Program-made: the position numbers and the translations under genes
Notes under the pieces: generated by a model
Told to the model about the DNA's origin: nothing
Databases searched by the model: none
Seen by the model: the letters and a program-made list of their open reading frames with translations, nothing else
NCBI RefSeq assembly: GCF_001194135.2
Contig: NC_069001.1
Span: 30,645,893 to 30,697,698 of the forward strand
DNA from: Octopus bimaculoides
Lineage: Eukaryota
DNA: 51,806 nt
Direction of reading: 5' to 3'
Shown here: one piece after another, positions 12,545-25,411 of the stretch
Numbering within the stretch: position 1 is the first letter of the stretch
Layout: every line of letters begins with the position of its first letter

Positions 12545-12740
12545 CTTGTTTCGGTAAGTCTGAAAATAATGAAGAATTTAGGATATAAAATAACTTAGTC
12601 ATTATTAAGCTTTTGCTTGGAAAAGAAATTAATGTAAAATTCTGATAGAAGTTCTTAATTCAGATCACTTAAAAGCAGAAAGTTTGTATCCTGAAAACAA
12701 GGGCCGGTTTGTGCGTGTTAGGATTAAAAGGGTTATACCC
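12545..12740. mobile_element. piggyBac-like MITE fragment, copy 2
   Basis: Homologous to 11996-12138; ends AAAAGGGTTA, the reverse complement of a TAACCC terminus. Confidence 0.5.
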
Positions 12741-12819
12741 AATCTCGGATGAGATCTAATCCCGTGAAACGTATATCCGTCTCCCACACAAACTTTCACG
12801 TGAATCTATTCATATTCAT

Positions 12820-13083
12820 ATGGGTAGGAGTGACTGTGTTGTAAGTAGCTTGCTTCCGAACCACATGATTTCGGGTTCTGTCCCACTGCGTGGCTCCTTG
12901 GGCAACTGTTTCTCCTATAGCCTCGGGCCGACCAAAGCCTTGTGAGTGGATTTGGTAGACGGAAACTGAAAGATAGAATAAGTACTAGGCTTACAAAGAG
13001 TAAGACCTGGAGTCGATTTGCTCGACTTAAAAGGCCGTGCTCCAGCATGGCCACTGTCAAATGACTGAAAGAAGTAAAAGAGA
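12820..13083 (+). mobile_element. SINE family C (CORE-like), internally deleted
   Basis: GGAGTGACTGTGTTGTAAGTAGCTTGC...CCTTGGGCAACTG...GGATTTGGTAGACGGAAACTGAAAGA, then tail GCATGGCCACTGTCAAATGACTGAAAGAAGTAAAAGA; matches 31793-32138. Confidence 0.85.
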
Positions 13084-13448
13084 GAGAGGGTAAAGAGTAT
13101 ACTAAATTTTCTTTCTCATAGCTTTGCTTGACAATAAAATCTAGTAGATAAACTATTCCCCCAACGTACCTCGCAGAAGAACCGAACGGAAGACAAAGCG
13201 TTACAAAGTAAAACACACGAACCCACAGTTATGTGCAAAGAAACTATCGTATATCAAACACACTAGGCTAGATGTGATCGAAAGTTAATATTGTAAGCAG
13301 CATTTAGAAAAGACTAAGAATTTATTTCATTGATACTTATTGAAGGAATTTGTAGATTAATTTTGGACGTAATTTTGGTCGTAATTGTACGCATGTGATT
13401 TTCACAAACTTCATACGAAAGCACATACGAAGAAACACACATACACAC

Positions 13449-13493
<45 letters not shown>

Positions 13494-15534
13494 CACATAC
13501 ATACATATATATTTTTTTCCGACAGTTTTTGTGATATTTTTGCTGCTTTTTAATAAAGTATATATATATATATATATATATAGATATATATACATACATA
13601 CACTCTCAGTGACTCTAAAAATACATGTGATAGACTACCCATAATGCATTGTAAAAGGTGCTGCGGAATACACTTCGACATGGGACCAAGTGTTTGCAAA
13701 TCGATAAACACTGAAAGTTTGCAGAATCCCTCCAATCTGTAAGTTTAAATTATGAAGTTTGTTTGACAGCCTTAGGGCTTCTTCTTTGGATCTCCATCTT
13801 AAGTACATGACTACTTTTGTATAGTTCATGAATATTTGTTGCGATAATTGTCTTGCATTTAAATGCTGTAGATATTGAGCTATAGATATTGAGCTGCACT
13901 ACTTCAAATTGTTTAGTCGAAAAATAAATTTTCTCCTGCAATAAAGCTAATTTAAAGCATTTTATATATATCTTGTAAAGGAAAGCGATTTAAGACAAAA
14001 AAAATATAGAATACATCTACACTTCTTGTTGTTCTATCTATCATTGGAAGTTCAGACATTAAACTATGGATGAACTGAATAAAAGTTCACCCAAGCTTTG
14101 AGGCGATAGTACATTCGATTTTATTACATATATTCATTTTGCTTTAGGCATATATCTAACGTTCTTCGTTTTAACTTTGCAATAAGTCAATTACTCTACC
14201 GTTACTATATTTTTATTATGGTTAATTGTTACACGAGAATTTCTGCGTCACCTGGGTGTGAAAATCATTAGACGTCAATACGGTGTATTTGAACTTTTCA
14301 CAGTTCTATATATCCTTTGGTTGTACAGGCTTGGGCGCTAAGCAACATGGTTTTAATTGCTGCTCAGAATTTTTTTATTGGAGTAGAAATCATAAAACAC
14401 TATTCTTTCACATTAGTTTCAGAGCCGTTAGCTTCCTATAATATCACCTCAACTGCATGGTTAATGTGGAAGAGTTAGCTAACTTCAGAAATCAATTTTC
14501 CATAAGTCTAATTCATATTTCATTTTTTTTTTTTCACTTAACGCAATTACGTCTCTGTCAAATTTAATCTTAATTTTGCAGTCATTTAAGATGACCGCTA
14601 ATTAGTGGCATTTTTTAATCACCATTAATTAAGGAAAAACATGTCTTTTAATTAAAGAATAAATAGAGAGAACATTTTGTTGCATTTCATCTATTTTTCG
14701 ATATTTTTCTTTGATGTTATATATGATCTTCCTTTTCTGTCGTTCTGACGACGTTGCAATTCGTTCTGTCTTCAGAAACCATTATAAACCATCCTGTCTG
14801 ATGCAGATACTACAATCTTATCTGATACATTTTGCTACGTTAGCTTTCTTCCACTGTACTATTTTCTTCGTTTAAAATAATACAATTAAATACACCATTT
14901 TCGCATTTTCGTATTCTTCCTACTAAATTGATAAAATTACAAAATGTTCAACTTTCATGAATATTTCCAGTTATTTCAGACATTGTTCTCTTAATGTCAT
15001 CAATGAAGTTTAACAGTGAAATCTGTTCACACATTTTCCTTTATAATTTCAGATTATTGTGATTTTGTTTGTTTATTTCTTTCACACGAATTTCGCCAAC
15101 GTTCTTTCTTATTGCTATTTTCAGAGTTCTATTGTTTATTAAATTACATGTGTTAGTGATGCTATTTTCATTTTCACTTACTGCAGCATTTCCTTTTCTG
15201 CTGACTCGACGATGTTATATGTGCAATGTTTGTGTATATTTACACACATTTACGTATTGCTACTGTCTGTGTATATATGAACACATGTGTGTGTGTACTA
15301 TTTGTGTATGAATGCATCCATGAGGTCATATGTATACGTGTGGTTTCTATTTTAAAAGTTTTATTGAAACCCACATGTGATAATATAGCTTCAATATACT
15401 GTTGCATATCTCGAATTGTGCATTAAATAACATTTTCATCACGTCTAAATTTCTCTTCATACTACAATCGCAATACATTATATTCTCTCGGACGTTTGGT
15501 CAAGTTTAATATCTGTTAAGCTAGTAAAACATCG

Positions 15535-15757
15535 TCCTAGCAGAATCGTCAGCACATCGATCAAAATAATTAGCAACAAATTATTCAAACTCCTTACATT
15601 GGGTGTTCAGATTCTGCCGAGGTCCCGAGGTCAACTTTGCGTTTACCCCACAGCAGACGATAAAATAAAGTAGCAGTCAAATACTGGGGTCGATATAATC
15701 CTCGTATCTCCTCCTCTCAACATTGCTGGCCTTGTAACAAAATTAGAAAGAATATTG
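15535..15757 (+). mobile_element. SINE family A, diverged
   Basis: GCAGAATCGTCAGCAC...TCTGCCGAGGTC...TACTGGGGTCGAT...GGCCTTGT...AGAAAGAAT. Confidence 0.75.
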
Positions 15758-16139
15758 TTCTCGCCAGCATTTTTATAAAATGAATTCATGAGTTTTCTTT
15801 CTCATAAACGTTACTTGACGGTCAGAACTGAACATATCATTTTAACTTCGACTAGACATAAATATATTATAGATTACATCGACAGAAACAAGAAATGCTT
15901 TAGTAGAATGATCACCGGAGTCCAAGCTGGCCTCTAGCGAACATCTTTCTCAAACAAGTTACGTCCTCTTTATATGGTATTTTGGGGAAGAGCAAATCTA
16001 ACCGGGTGAGAGATATAATTGTTTTTGTGATGGGAGGGTGGAGTCATCCGACGCTTGAGAATTAAAAAAAATCATGAAAAATATTTAGGAAAATTATATG
16101 TTAGAATGTAAAGAAGTAAAATAAATATATTTAGTACTC

Positions 16140-16300
16140 TACTATAGCATCGTAAGATCGTGGTTTCGATTCCCAGTCTTGACGAGCGGTGAGTTGTGTT
16201 CTTGTGCAATAGACTTCATTTTATGTTCTTCCAGTTCGTTCATATTTAAATTGTTAACATTGAAGATGGTCTGGCCTTCCGTTCAGGTAGGGGTTCGATG
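16140..16300 (+). mobile_element. SINE family B, degenerate
   Basis: B-box GGTTTCGATTCCC followed by GTTGTGTTCTTGTGCAATAGACTTCATTTTATG. Confidence 0.6.
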
Positions 16301-16501
16301 GGATCCCGGTCACTTATTCGCCATGAAAAGAAAGTAAATGATCTCATAATTCCAATGCTCATGGGTTGTTGTTGATGACGATGACGATGACGACGACGAG
16401 TAAGATGAAGTGGATGATGATGATGTACTATTTACTCTCTATGACAGTTATGTATTAGTAAAAGTCATATTTAATAACATAGCATATGTCAGTGGAAATC
16501 A

Positions 16502-16533
<32 letters not shown>

Positions 16534-17163
16534 TTAAGTCTTATTTAAAATGACAATCATCTTCATTATTCATATTTCATCTTCGATTTAAATCTAATGT
16601 AAAGATATCTACTACACAAATGTCGTATAAAAGATTATATACAGAAATAATCGCTAACGGAACATCCCTCAAGTGATATATCCACGTGAGTAGCTCCCAA
16701 ATGTCTAAGCTTAAAGAGTTGTGTGTAAACTTATGTTGCAGCTTAAAACTCAGAGCATATAATATTAATGGCTTCAATTAACGTATTGCTAGGTTAAATA
16801 GGCACAAATTAGTATGTTTACCTAATAAGCTTCAGTAAATACATAACTGGCTTGTCACTTTTAAATTGTTTTCTTGAGATACGGCCTTTTAATTAACGAT
16901 ATTGCAATGTTTATTTAAGTTTCTTGACTTTGAAAATTGAATAGTGAAGTGGCTTATTGTTTTAAGCTCAGAAAGATATTGCACAACTGAGGAAAATGAA
17001 ATAGACTGATATAAAACGAAATGTATTAGCTGACACCTTCATGCATTCCATTTTCTACTCTCTACTTAAAGACAGTGGTTCAGCTATATAGAATATGCGT
17101 CGACCGAGAAAGCCCGAACATTTACCCCCCCACCCCCATAAATACACATACACACATACGCAA

Positions 17164-17350
17164 ACACACACCGACTGTGTAGGCGAGGCCCGAGTGGAAT
17201 CAAACTTAGTGGCATGTCCTTGATATATTCTATAGCTATTCTAAATCGAAAACACACCGACTGCCCATAAGCGCAGGTTAGGTCTGAGCGGTATTAAATG
17301 TCCCTAATATATGCTATAGCCACTCTAAATCGTATAGTAACTCTAAAGCG
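17164..17350. repeat. Degenerate ~85-bp tandem duplication
   Basis: ACACACCGACTG...ATGTCC.T.ATAT..CTATAGC...TCTAAATCG occurs twice, plus a partial third TATAG..ACTCTAAA.CG. Confidence 0.7.
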
Positions 17351-17682
17351 AAATCAGTGGCCAGTATCCCGACATTAAGGCAACCGTTTTATCCAATGGA
17401 ATAAACGCAATATCGTGGTTCACAGAACTCTTAAAATTTACAAAATGTCCAACTAGAGATTTGCTGTTTAGGATTGAATCAAGTAGAGTTTTTCTCCCTC
17501 CTTATGTATTTCTTGACACATAAAATTCTAATCCAATACTAGTCTTATATAGCAGACCCAATAGAGTTGTTCCAGTTCAAGAGTCACCCAGGGCTAACAT
17601 ACTCTCGCCACTCCTACAGCTATGCTAATGTTTTTCGAACACTTTTTGTAATAATATCGTAAAATATATTTGCCACGTAAAT

Positions 17683-17816
17683 GTGGCTAACCCTTAAGGG
17701 TCGAAGCTACTGTAGCTTGTAGCCCCAGAAAGATACCTCCTTCAGCTGGCTATTGACACACTATCTGTGCCCGAAAAAATTGGAAACCAGCAATATAGAT
17801 AGTGTGTCAATAGCCA
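17683..17816. mobile_element. Truncated fold-back MITE with a 20-bp perfect stem
   Basis: TGGCTATTGACACACTATCT (17747-17766) pairs with AGATAGTGTGTCAATAGCCA (17797-17816); the left arm resembles the MITE at 37062-37288. Confidence 0.55.
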
Positions 17817-17959
17817 TCTGTAGTCAGAGAAGAGTTTGTGCTAGTTGACTTTTCGACGCAATACTAATCTTAGATATCTTTACATTAGCCCTTTGTGACT
17901 TTAAATCATATGAGTTTAGGTTGATTTCAGTAATGAAGAGAGGTATTGAAAGGAAAAGT

Positions 17960-18145
17960 CGTTTCGCAAAAGTTGGTATTTACTTCCCATCTCCCGTATT
18001 TACACACGGCCAGCTTTATGTGGCCTTAAGTCGTAGAAGAAGGAACGAAAACTTCAAAATCCTTTTGAAGGAAACAAGCAGTCAAAGGATGTTAATTGCG
18101 GATAGATTTTTCTCCAAAAATTTGGTAAAAGAATTGTTAAACTAA
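17960..18145 (+). pseudogene. Helitron Rep/Hel (PIF1-like helicase) C-terminal fragment
   Basis: RFAKVGIYFPSPVFTHGQLYVALSR...KNLVKELLN*. VFxHGQLYVALSR is the characteristic C-terminal motif of Helitron/PIF1-type helicases; the rest of the ORF is absent. Confidence 0.8.
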
Positions 18146-18219
18146 AAACTTGGATTTGAACCTTATAGTTATCACTATTATTATTATTATTATTATTATT
18201 ATTGGTATCCTTATTGTTG

Positions 18220-18440
18220 GGGTTACTGGAAGAATCGTTAGTAAGTTGCACCGAATGTTACACAGCATTTCTTCAAGAGATTACCGTCTGAGTTCAAATG
18301 CTGCCCAGTTCCACGTTGCTTTAATTTCCTTCTTGTTCTTTCGGGATCCATGAAATACTTGTTAGTTGAGTACTGAGGTCGATACAATAGATTCCTCTCC
18401 CAATATTTCAGGCCTTATGCGTATTGTAGAAAGAACTATT
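18220..18440 (+). mobile_element. SINE family A, diverged
   Basis: GAAGAATCGTTAG...CTGAGTTCAAATGCTGCC...TACTGAGGTCGAT...CAGGCCTTATGCG...GTAGAAAGAA. Confidence 0.75.
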
Positions 18441-18944
18441 ATTGTCATCGTCGTCGCCGTCATCGTCCTCGTCATTTCTGTCACTAGCAACATGGCGCAT
18501 CGACAAAATCTCGCTCCGGGGAGATCGAATGAGAAGATGGAATAATCATTGTGAATTTTATTTCACAAAGTCATGTATGAGTTTATCAATTTTAATGCAA
18601 ACTGACAAACCCATATACAAAGCCATGTGTATTTGCACTACATATTCTCTTCAATAATTCAACATTCTGCTGCGGTGCCAATTCTACATTAAAGAAAAAC
18701 GCACATGTTTAACATATATATAATCTGTATATGTAAATACATACATATATATACGTATATAAGCGTAGTTAAATTCATCTGAAAATGAAAGCTGCCAATA
18801 CCCAACGTGAGAGCTCTATCTACCTTTAACATATAAAATATAATTAAAAAGCGAGAACATAATCAGATGGCAGCGTATTCAGACATTCATTCACTCACAT
18901 GCATACACGAAAAGCACAAACTGTCATCCATTAACTTACACACA

Positions 18945-19103
<159 letters not shown>

Positions 19104-19329
19104 ACATGCCAGCACATAGAAACGTACTGAGACGGAATATGTCATTATACACCAGCGTGATACTTGAACATGGCTCTCATCATCACATATGCACAGAGAG
19201 GCAGCAATGTCTCATATATGCAATGAGCAATTTATCCCCTGTCTAAAACTGCATTTATCGATCATCACAAAAGGTAAAGAGATTGCATGTCTATCTATCT
19301 ACCTATCTATCTCTCTCGCTATATATACC

Positions 19330-19371
<42 letters not shown>

Positions 19372-19589
19372 TGCATGTATATACATGGACATGTTACATA
19401 TATATATATAGATATATACATACATCATATATACATATATTCTACATGTATATTCGACGCTTCCAAAATTTCTCTATAAAATATATATTTAAGTAAGTAT
19501 ATATACATATGTATGTATGTATGTATGTATGTACGTATGTATGTACGTATGTATGTACGCATCTATATATATATATATGTGTGTGTGTG

Positions 19590-19629
<40 letters not shown>

Positions 19630-19789
19630 GCATGTGTGTGTGTGTATGTATGTGCAAACTCAATTGAACCATGGTTCAACCTTCTGCCATACTTATAATA
19701 CCGGAATGGAGGTTTTTGGTGGCTGTGTTTCAGTTTTTAGTTTTTAATAACATCAACAATGATAACCCAACAGCTTTTAATGTGGATTG

Positions 19790-19845
19790 GTATCCAGTAG
19801 GAAAGAAGCAGAGGTATAAGGATCTGCTGAAAAGAGATGAGACCA
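19790..19845 (+). pseudogene. Possible short RTE LINE remnant
   Basis: Reads GKKQRYKDLLKR, similar to the G..K.RYKD.LK motif downstream of the RTE reverse transcriptase. Very short. Confidence 0.3.
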
Positions 19846-20189
19846 CACGCCATGTTAGCGAATAACAGTATTGTCCTCATGCTGATCATATAGTCAATAA
19901 CACTTTATCTGCTAATGAGATAATGGAAAACACTCCTGCCACTTGCAAAAATGAAACGGAACGTTGGCAATTTAAAATTTCCAACAGCGTGTAGAAGACA
20001 ACTTCTCGTTAGCTATTATTCGTTATTCGTTTATCCGTTAAAGCGCTTTGTGTCGCTCGTAGGAGTAACAACAACAGTAATAACGAAAGGAGGAATAATG
20101 AGGGGAGGAAAGAGGATTTGTTCTGCGACGGTTACGACTGTGGCTGCTGCAGTTGTTTTGAGTAATGCAAGGGCGACAACAAAGGTGTA

Positions 20190-20640
20190 TTAGCAACAGA
20201 TGGGGGAAAAGGTATTAGGAAGAAGACAAAGTAGAAGAGGGAGAGGAGGGGGATGTGAAGAAGGTGAAGGAGGAAGATGAAGAAGGTGAAGGAAGAAGTG
20301 GAGGAAGATGAAGAACAAGGTGGAGGAAGATGAAGAAGGTGGAGGAAGAAGGAGGTGGAGGAAGAAGATGATGATAAAGAAGATAATGAAGAAAAGGATC
20401 AACGAAGACAAAAACAGCAGAGAATATAATGAAGAAAAGAAAGAAAGAATAGAAAGAAGATACTGAAAGAGACAAATCGCTGAAAGAAAAAGGTGAATAA
20501 ACACAAAGACAAAGATAAAAATGGAGAATGACGACGACGACGACGATGATGATGATTATGATGATGATGAAGACGACGATGTCGGTGGTGGTGATAACGA
20601 TGACGACGATGATGAAGGTGGTGGTGGTTGTAACAAATGC
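20190..20640. repeat. Purine-rich (GAA/GGA)n low complexity followed by (GAC/GAT)n triplets
   Basis: Directly visible. Confidence 0.9.
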
Positions 20641-20992
20641 GTCGACGAAGACGAAAGACAGGAAAACAACAACGCAATGTTTCAAGCCGTTGTGTTAACG
20701 ATATTAAGTGACAACAATAACAACGACATGAACAAAACTCTAAGCAACAACAAATTCTTCAGTCGCAGCAGGAACAAGAGCAGAGGCAGCTGCAAACTCT
20801 TCTACGTTAATAATATGAAATGACAGAAAGAAGAACAACATGGAGTTTAAAAGGAAAATGAAATAATATAAAATAACAGAAGACAAACACATGAATCACA
20901 ACTGAAGATGATGATGATGATAGTAATAATGTTAATAGAATCAACAACGGCAATCACAATGACAAAACCATCAATAATAATAATAATAATGA

Positions 20993-21209
20993 TCTTTTTT
21001 ACTCAAGGCACAAGGCCCGAAATTTTGGGGAGGTGGGGTCAGTCGATTAGATCGATCCCAGTACGCAACTGGTACTTAATTTGTCGACCTAGAAAGGATT
21101 AAAGGCAGAGTCGACATTGGCGGGATTTGAACTCAGAACATAAACACAGACGAAATGCCGCTAAGCATTTCGTCCGGCTTGCTATCGCCTCTGCCAACTC
21201 GCCTCCTTT
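20993..21209 (-). mobile_element. SINE family A, well preserved (tail type 1)
   Basis: GGCACAAGGCCCGAAATTTT...GTACGCAACTGGTACTTAATTT...GATTTGAACTCAGAAC...CTGCCAACTCGCCTCC. Confidence 0.9.
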
Positions 21210-21905
21210 ATATAGTAATAATAATAATAATAATAGTAGTAGTAGTGATTTCGTTTATTTGCCACGGGAGCGAAGGATGAGAGGGGAGAATGCGGAGACA
21301 GATATAAAGAGAAATGATAAAAATAAAGTATACACGGTATACATTGACAGAAGAGACATGTGCATAGCATATAAGGGTGCAAAAATAGAGCTGTGGGGTG
21401 CGGGATGATAGAGAATTGGCTCTCCTTATATAGGGACGCTTCTAGAGATAATCGACGAACTCCCAACGTCCGAGATTTCCCTGAAATCCTATGAGTGAAT
21501 ACCCTCCCCAATTCCTTCTCTCCGTCTCAATAATAATGATAATAATAATAATAATGAGAGTAATAATGATTATGATGGTGATGAAGAAGAGATATTTTTG
21601 TTGCATCTGCTACAAGGGCCCATCCTATTATCTAAACACGTTACAATAGAGGGTTACAGCCACTAAGCGGTTATACAAAGTTATAAAATATGAAGGGATG
21701 TGACAAAGAAGTCATACACTAATTATGTATCGATTAATTTTTTATATCATTATTTATTTGGTGTTCGATCAACTCATTTCAGTTCTACGATATCTATCTG
21801 TCCATTTATCTATCTATATATATNNNNNNNNNNNNNNNNNNNNNNNNNNNNNNNNNNNNNNNNNNNNNNNNNNNNNNNNNNNNNNNNNNNNNNNNNNNNN
21901 NNTAC

Positions 21906-22009
21906 AGGAAAATGAAAAAAAGCCAGAATGCTGAACTGGGAGCATAATTTAATAAATCTTTATTAAATTATGCTCCCAGTTCAGCATTCTGGCTTTTTTT
22001 CATTTTCCT
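21906..22009. repeat. Perfect inverted repeat (51-bp arms, 2-nt spacer) abutting an assembly gap
   Basis: 21906-21956 is the exact reverse complement of 21959-22009. Confidence 0.95.
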
Positions 22010-22766
22010 ATTATTTCTCCACGTGCGGTTAACACAACCCCACTATTTACCGACTTATATATATATATATATATATATATATGAACCGCTACACCATACA
22101 CCTGTGGGCAAGATGTGGACAAATATCCGTCAAATGTAAATAGTGTAAATAATGTACATAATTTCTCATCTCTTAAATATAGAACTGTATGACGCTATAT
22201 TGGTCTCTACATTCATTAGAATCTTCATCATCAGTTTTGATCCTCCTCAAGTATCGTATCCATGCACATAATGCTGATGAATCCAGTAATGCATCAAGTA
22301 CATGAACACATAGTCTTCTATGTTTACAACATAATGGTGCATTTGTTGCAATAAATTTGATATCTTTGGTAGATTTCGGCCAGTATAGGCCCAGGCCATG
22401 TTTGACTTAATAGCACCACCTGAATGAAATAAGGTATGTTATGTATTGAAAATATAACACAGGAATAATAATATTCTGGTGTCGCCTTTATGTCAATGTT
22501 TGTATAACTGGTGTCGCTTTTATGTCAATGTTTGATTTATTTCCGTGGAATGCGTGAAGCATTTTGAGTCGTAAGTAAATGTACTAGAGGCTGTCATTGT
22601 AACGAGGGATCGGGTAATCAATTGAGTCTGTAAATATTTTGTGTTTCTTAACTTTTATTTGGTTTGTCGTCTGTCAGTGAATTTTCTGTTGTGTATTTAA
22701 AAGACAGCGAATGATTTCTTTCATGAAAATATTTGCAATTATTTAATGTAATATTCAGTTGCGTAT

Positions 22767-22930
22767 TAAGACGGCGAAATAACAGAATCGTTACCATGTT
22801 GGGCAAGATACATTACGGCATTTTGTCCGTCTTTACGTCTTGAATTCCAGTTCTAAAATGGACTTTGCCTATTATCTTTGTGCGGTCGACACAGTAAGTA
22901 TGCGTTGACGCCTGGAATTGAAGCAATTGA
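22767..22930 (+). mobile_element. SINE family A, diverged
   Basis: AAGACGGCGAAATAACAGAATCGTT...GGCATTTTGTCCGTCTTTACG...GACTTTGCC...GGTCGAC. Confidence 0.7.
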
Positions 22931-22984
22931 TTTAACTCCTAAAATGCCTGTTAAATTATGAAGCCAATATTTGCTTGCACAGTT

Positions 22985-23224
22985 GATGGCAGCTCTCTGG
23001 CAGAATAGTTAGCACGCCGGAACAAATGCTTGGCAGCATTTTGTCCGTGTGTACGACATCTCACCTGTCATTACGGCGTTTCGTCAGTCTAAGTCCAAAT
23101 TCCGCCGAGGTATTTTATCTTATCCTTTTGTGCTTTATAAAATAAGTACTAGTCATGTACTGGGGTCGACACTGTCCTCCAAAACAGTAACTGCTAGCCT
23201 TCTGCGAAAATTTGAAACATTTAT
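22985..23224 (+). mobile_element. SINE family A with an internal duplication (tail type 2)
   Basis: CTGGCAGAATAGTTAGCACGCCGG...CAAATTCCGCCGAGG...TACTGGGGTCGA...AAAATTTGAAAC. Confidence 0.8.
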
Positions 23225-25364
23225 TCGGACGCCACTAATTATTTTCAGTCAGAAGGCAACCCAATAACAAAGTATTAAGAATTACACTGTCAGTCCACCA
23301 TTTCTATATAAATCTTAACTAAAGTATTGTTGTTCTTTGTGACATTGATGTTTACAAGTTCATATTTCTTTGTGGTCTAAAGATCGCTGGAATTTCTGGA
23401 AATTACTTGTATTCGTTGTGAGGGTTTCTTGTATTTGTTGTGGGGTTTTTTGCAATGAATTACAATATCAATGTTTTATGCTGTGCTGAACAATAAGTAA
23501 TCTCAAATATACAATGGACTCTCCCGTCGAAGACAACGTTTGACCGTAAGCTTTTTTGCCGGACGACCTGTTCAAAAAATTTGTTCCTAATGATCATATC
23601 ATGCTCAAATGTCAACTTCAGTACTTTTTCTACGGCTAGATGACTTTCCTAGCGTCGAATATTATGCACCATTTACCGGGGGAGGGGCTGTGGGCTTTTG
23701 GATTTTTTCGTAAAAACCAGTACAAATGAGATCGACAAACAGTTTGCAAACCTAAGATCTCCTTTCGATCACTGCGGCTACAGCAGATACAAAAGCTGCG
23801 ATAACCTGATAGAACAGCGAACGTTTTCCTTTATTTTTTGGCTGTAGAGAAGCGGCACATTTGTAAACCATTATAGAAAAGGTGACCGATCTGGAAGGAG
23901 CAGAGAAGAAATAAAATAGCAGAACATGTTTCATTTAGATGTTCGAAGATGAACTGCAATAGAAACGTCAACAACTCTCTCCGTTTATTGAACGTCAAAC
24001 TAATCCAGTTTTTGTGCACGTCTTGTTGAAGTTTGCTATTAATTGCATTGTTCGTTTATTCGATTTCTAAATTAAACCTTACCTTCAGTTCTCACATTCA
24101 CGCTGAATAACTGGCCTCTTGTCGTGATTTACTTTATCGATTTTACTCCTGGAGACCTCGTTGTCAACTGTAGGCGATTAGTACTTTATTTATGAACCCA
24201 TATAAATATATATATAAACATGTGTGTTTTTGTGTTTGTATGTGCGAATGTATAAGCATATATGCACATAATACACATTTATATACATACATATGTAGAT
24301 ATATGCGTTTATGTACATAAATACTCGTATAAATACACACATGTACATAAATGTACATACACACACACACACACTCGCACATATTTATATATATATATAA
24401 ACATATTAATTAATTATATTAATGTGTATTTACACACCTTGATATCTTTATATCTCTAAATACACATATATACCATATTTTTCTAAACATTTTTTCTCTC
24501 TCTAAAACATATATATCCTTATCCAAATATAAGTATATGACTGTATATGTTACACATGTATATAGATATTTACATATAACTATACACATTTATATGAATA
24601 TATGTACATATACTGTAATATGTGTGGATAGGGGTGATTGTTTGTATATGGTGTGTATGTATGTATGTATGTGTATGTTTCTGTGCGCTTATGTGTTTGT
24701 GTATTTGCATGTGTGTATGTGTTTCCATGTACGTGATTTCTTTTTGCAATTTTATGGCCTGCTCAAATTTATACATGCGTGTTAATTGTATTTCTGCTAA
24801 ATGTAATTATATTCAATTAATTAGAATCAGATGATTAATTAGATATCTGGAAATATAAATGTATTATTAATGGTTTTCTTACTGTGGAATCAGTACAGCA
24901 CATCTCCTTGGCGTGTGTACGTGCGTGTGTATCTGGTGCTCCTCTACCTTAATATCCTTATGAACGTATGCGCCTATACAAACACACACGCATACACATA
25001 TACACACACACACGCACGCACACACATATATTTGCATGTATTTAAATACATATTTGCATATGCATACGCATACACACATATACATATCTCTATGTATGTA
25101 TAAATATATATGTATTTTATATATAGGCATATATATACATATATATATATACACACATATATATATTATATATATATATATATATACCTATATATAAAAT
25201 ACAATAATGAATCTACTCAGAGATATTAATGTATCTGTAAATACGTGCATGTGTATATATGTGCATATATATGTGTGTGTGTGTGTGTGTATCTATATAT
25301 ATATGTATATATACACGTATATGTTTTACGTATATGCATAAGCGTGGGCTCATTATTGTATGTT

Positions 25365-25411
<47 letters not shown>

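Noticed and set aside
14351-14369. miR-315-like TTTTAATTGCTGCTCAGAA
   Set aside because: Seed mismatch and no precursor-length hairpin.
16102-16118. miR-1-like TAGAATGTAAAGAAGTA
   Set aside because: Mismatch within the seed, the 3' end diverges, and there is no complementary star arm nearby.
20521-20823. Acidic ORF MENDDDDD...
   Set aside because: Arises from GAT/GAC/GGT triplet repeats within a larger low-complexity block; no splice or domain support.
22084-22189. Possible Tc1-type MITE end (...AGAACTG|TA)
   Set aside because: Only one terminus, with no matching TIR or second copy in the window.
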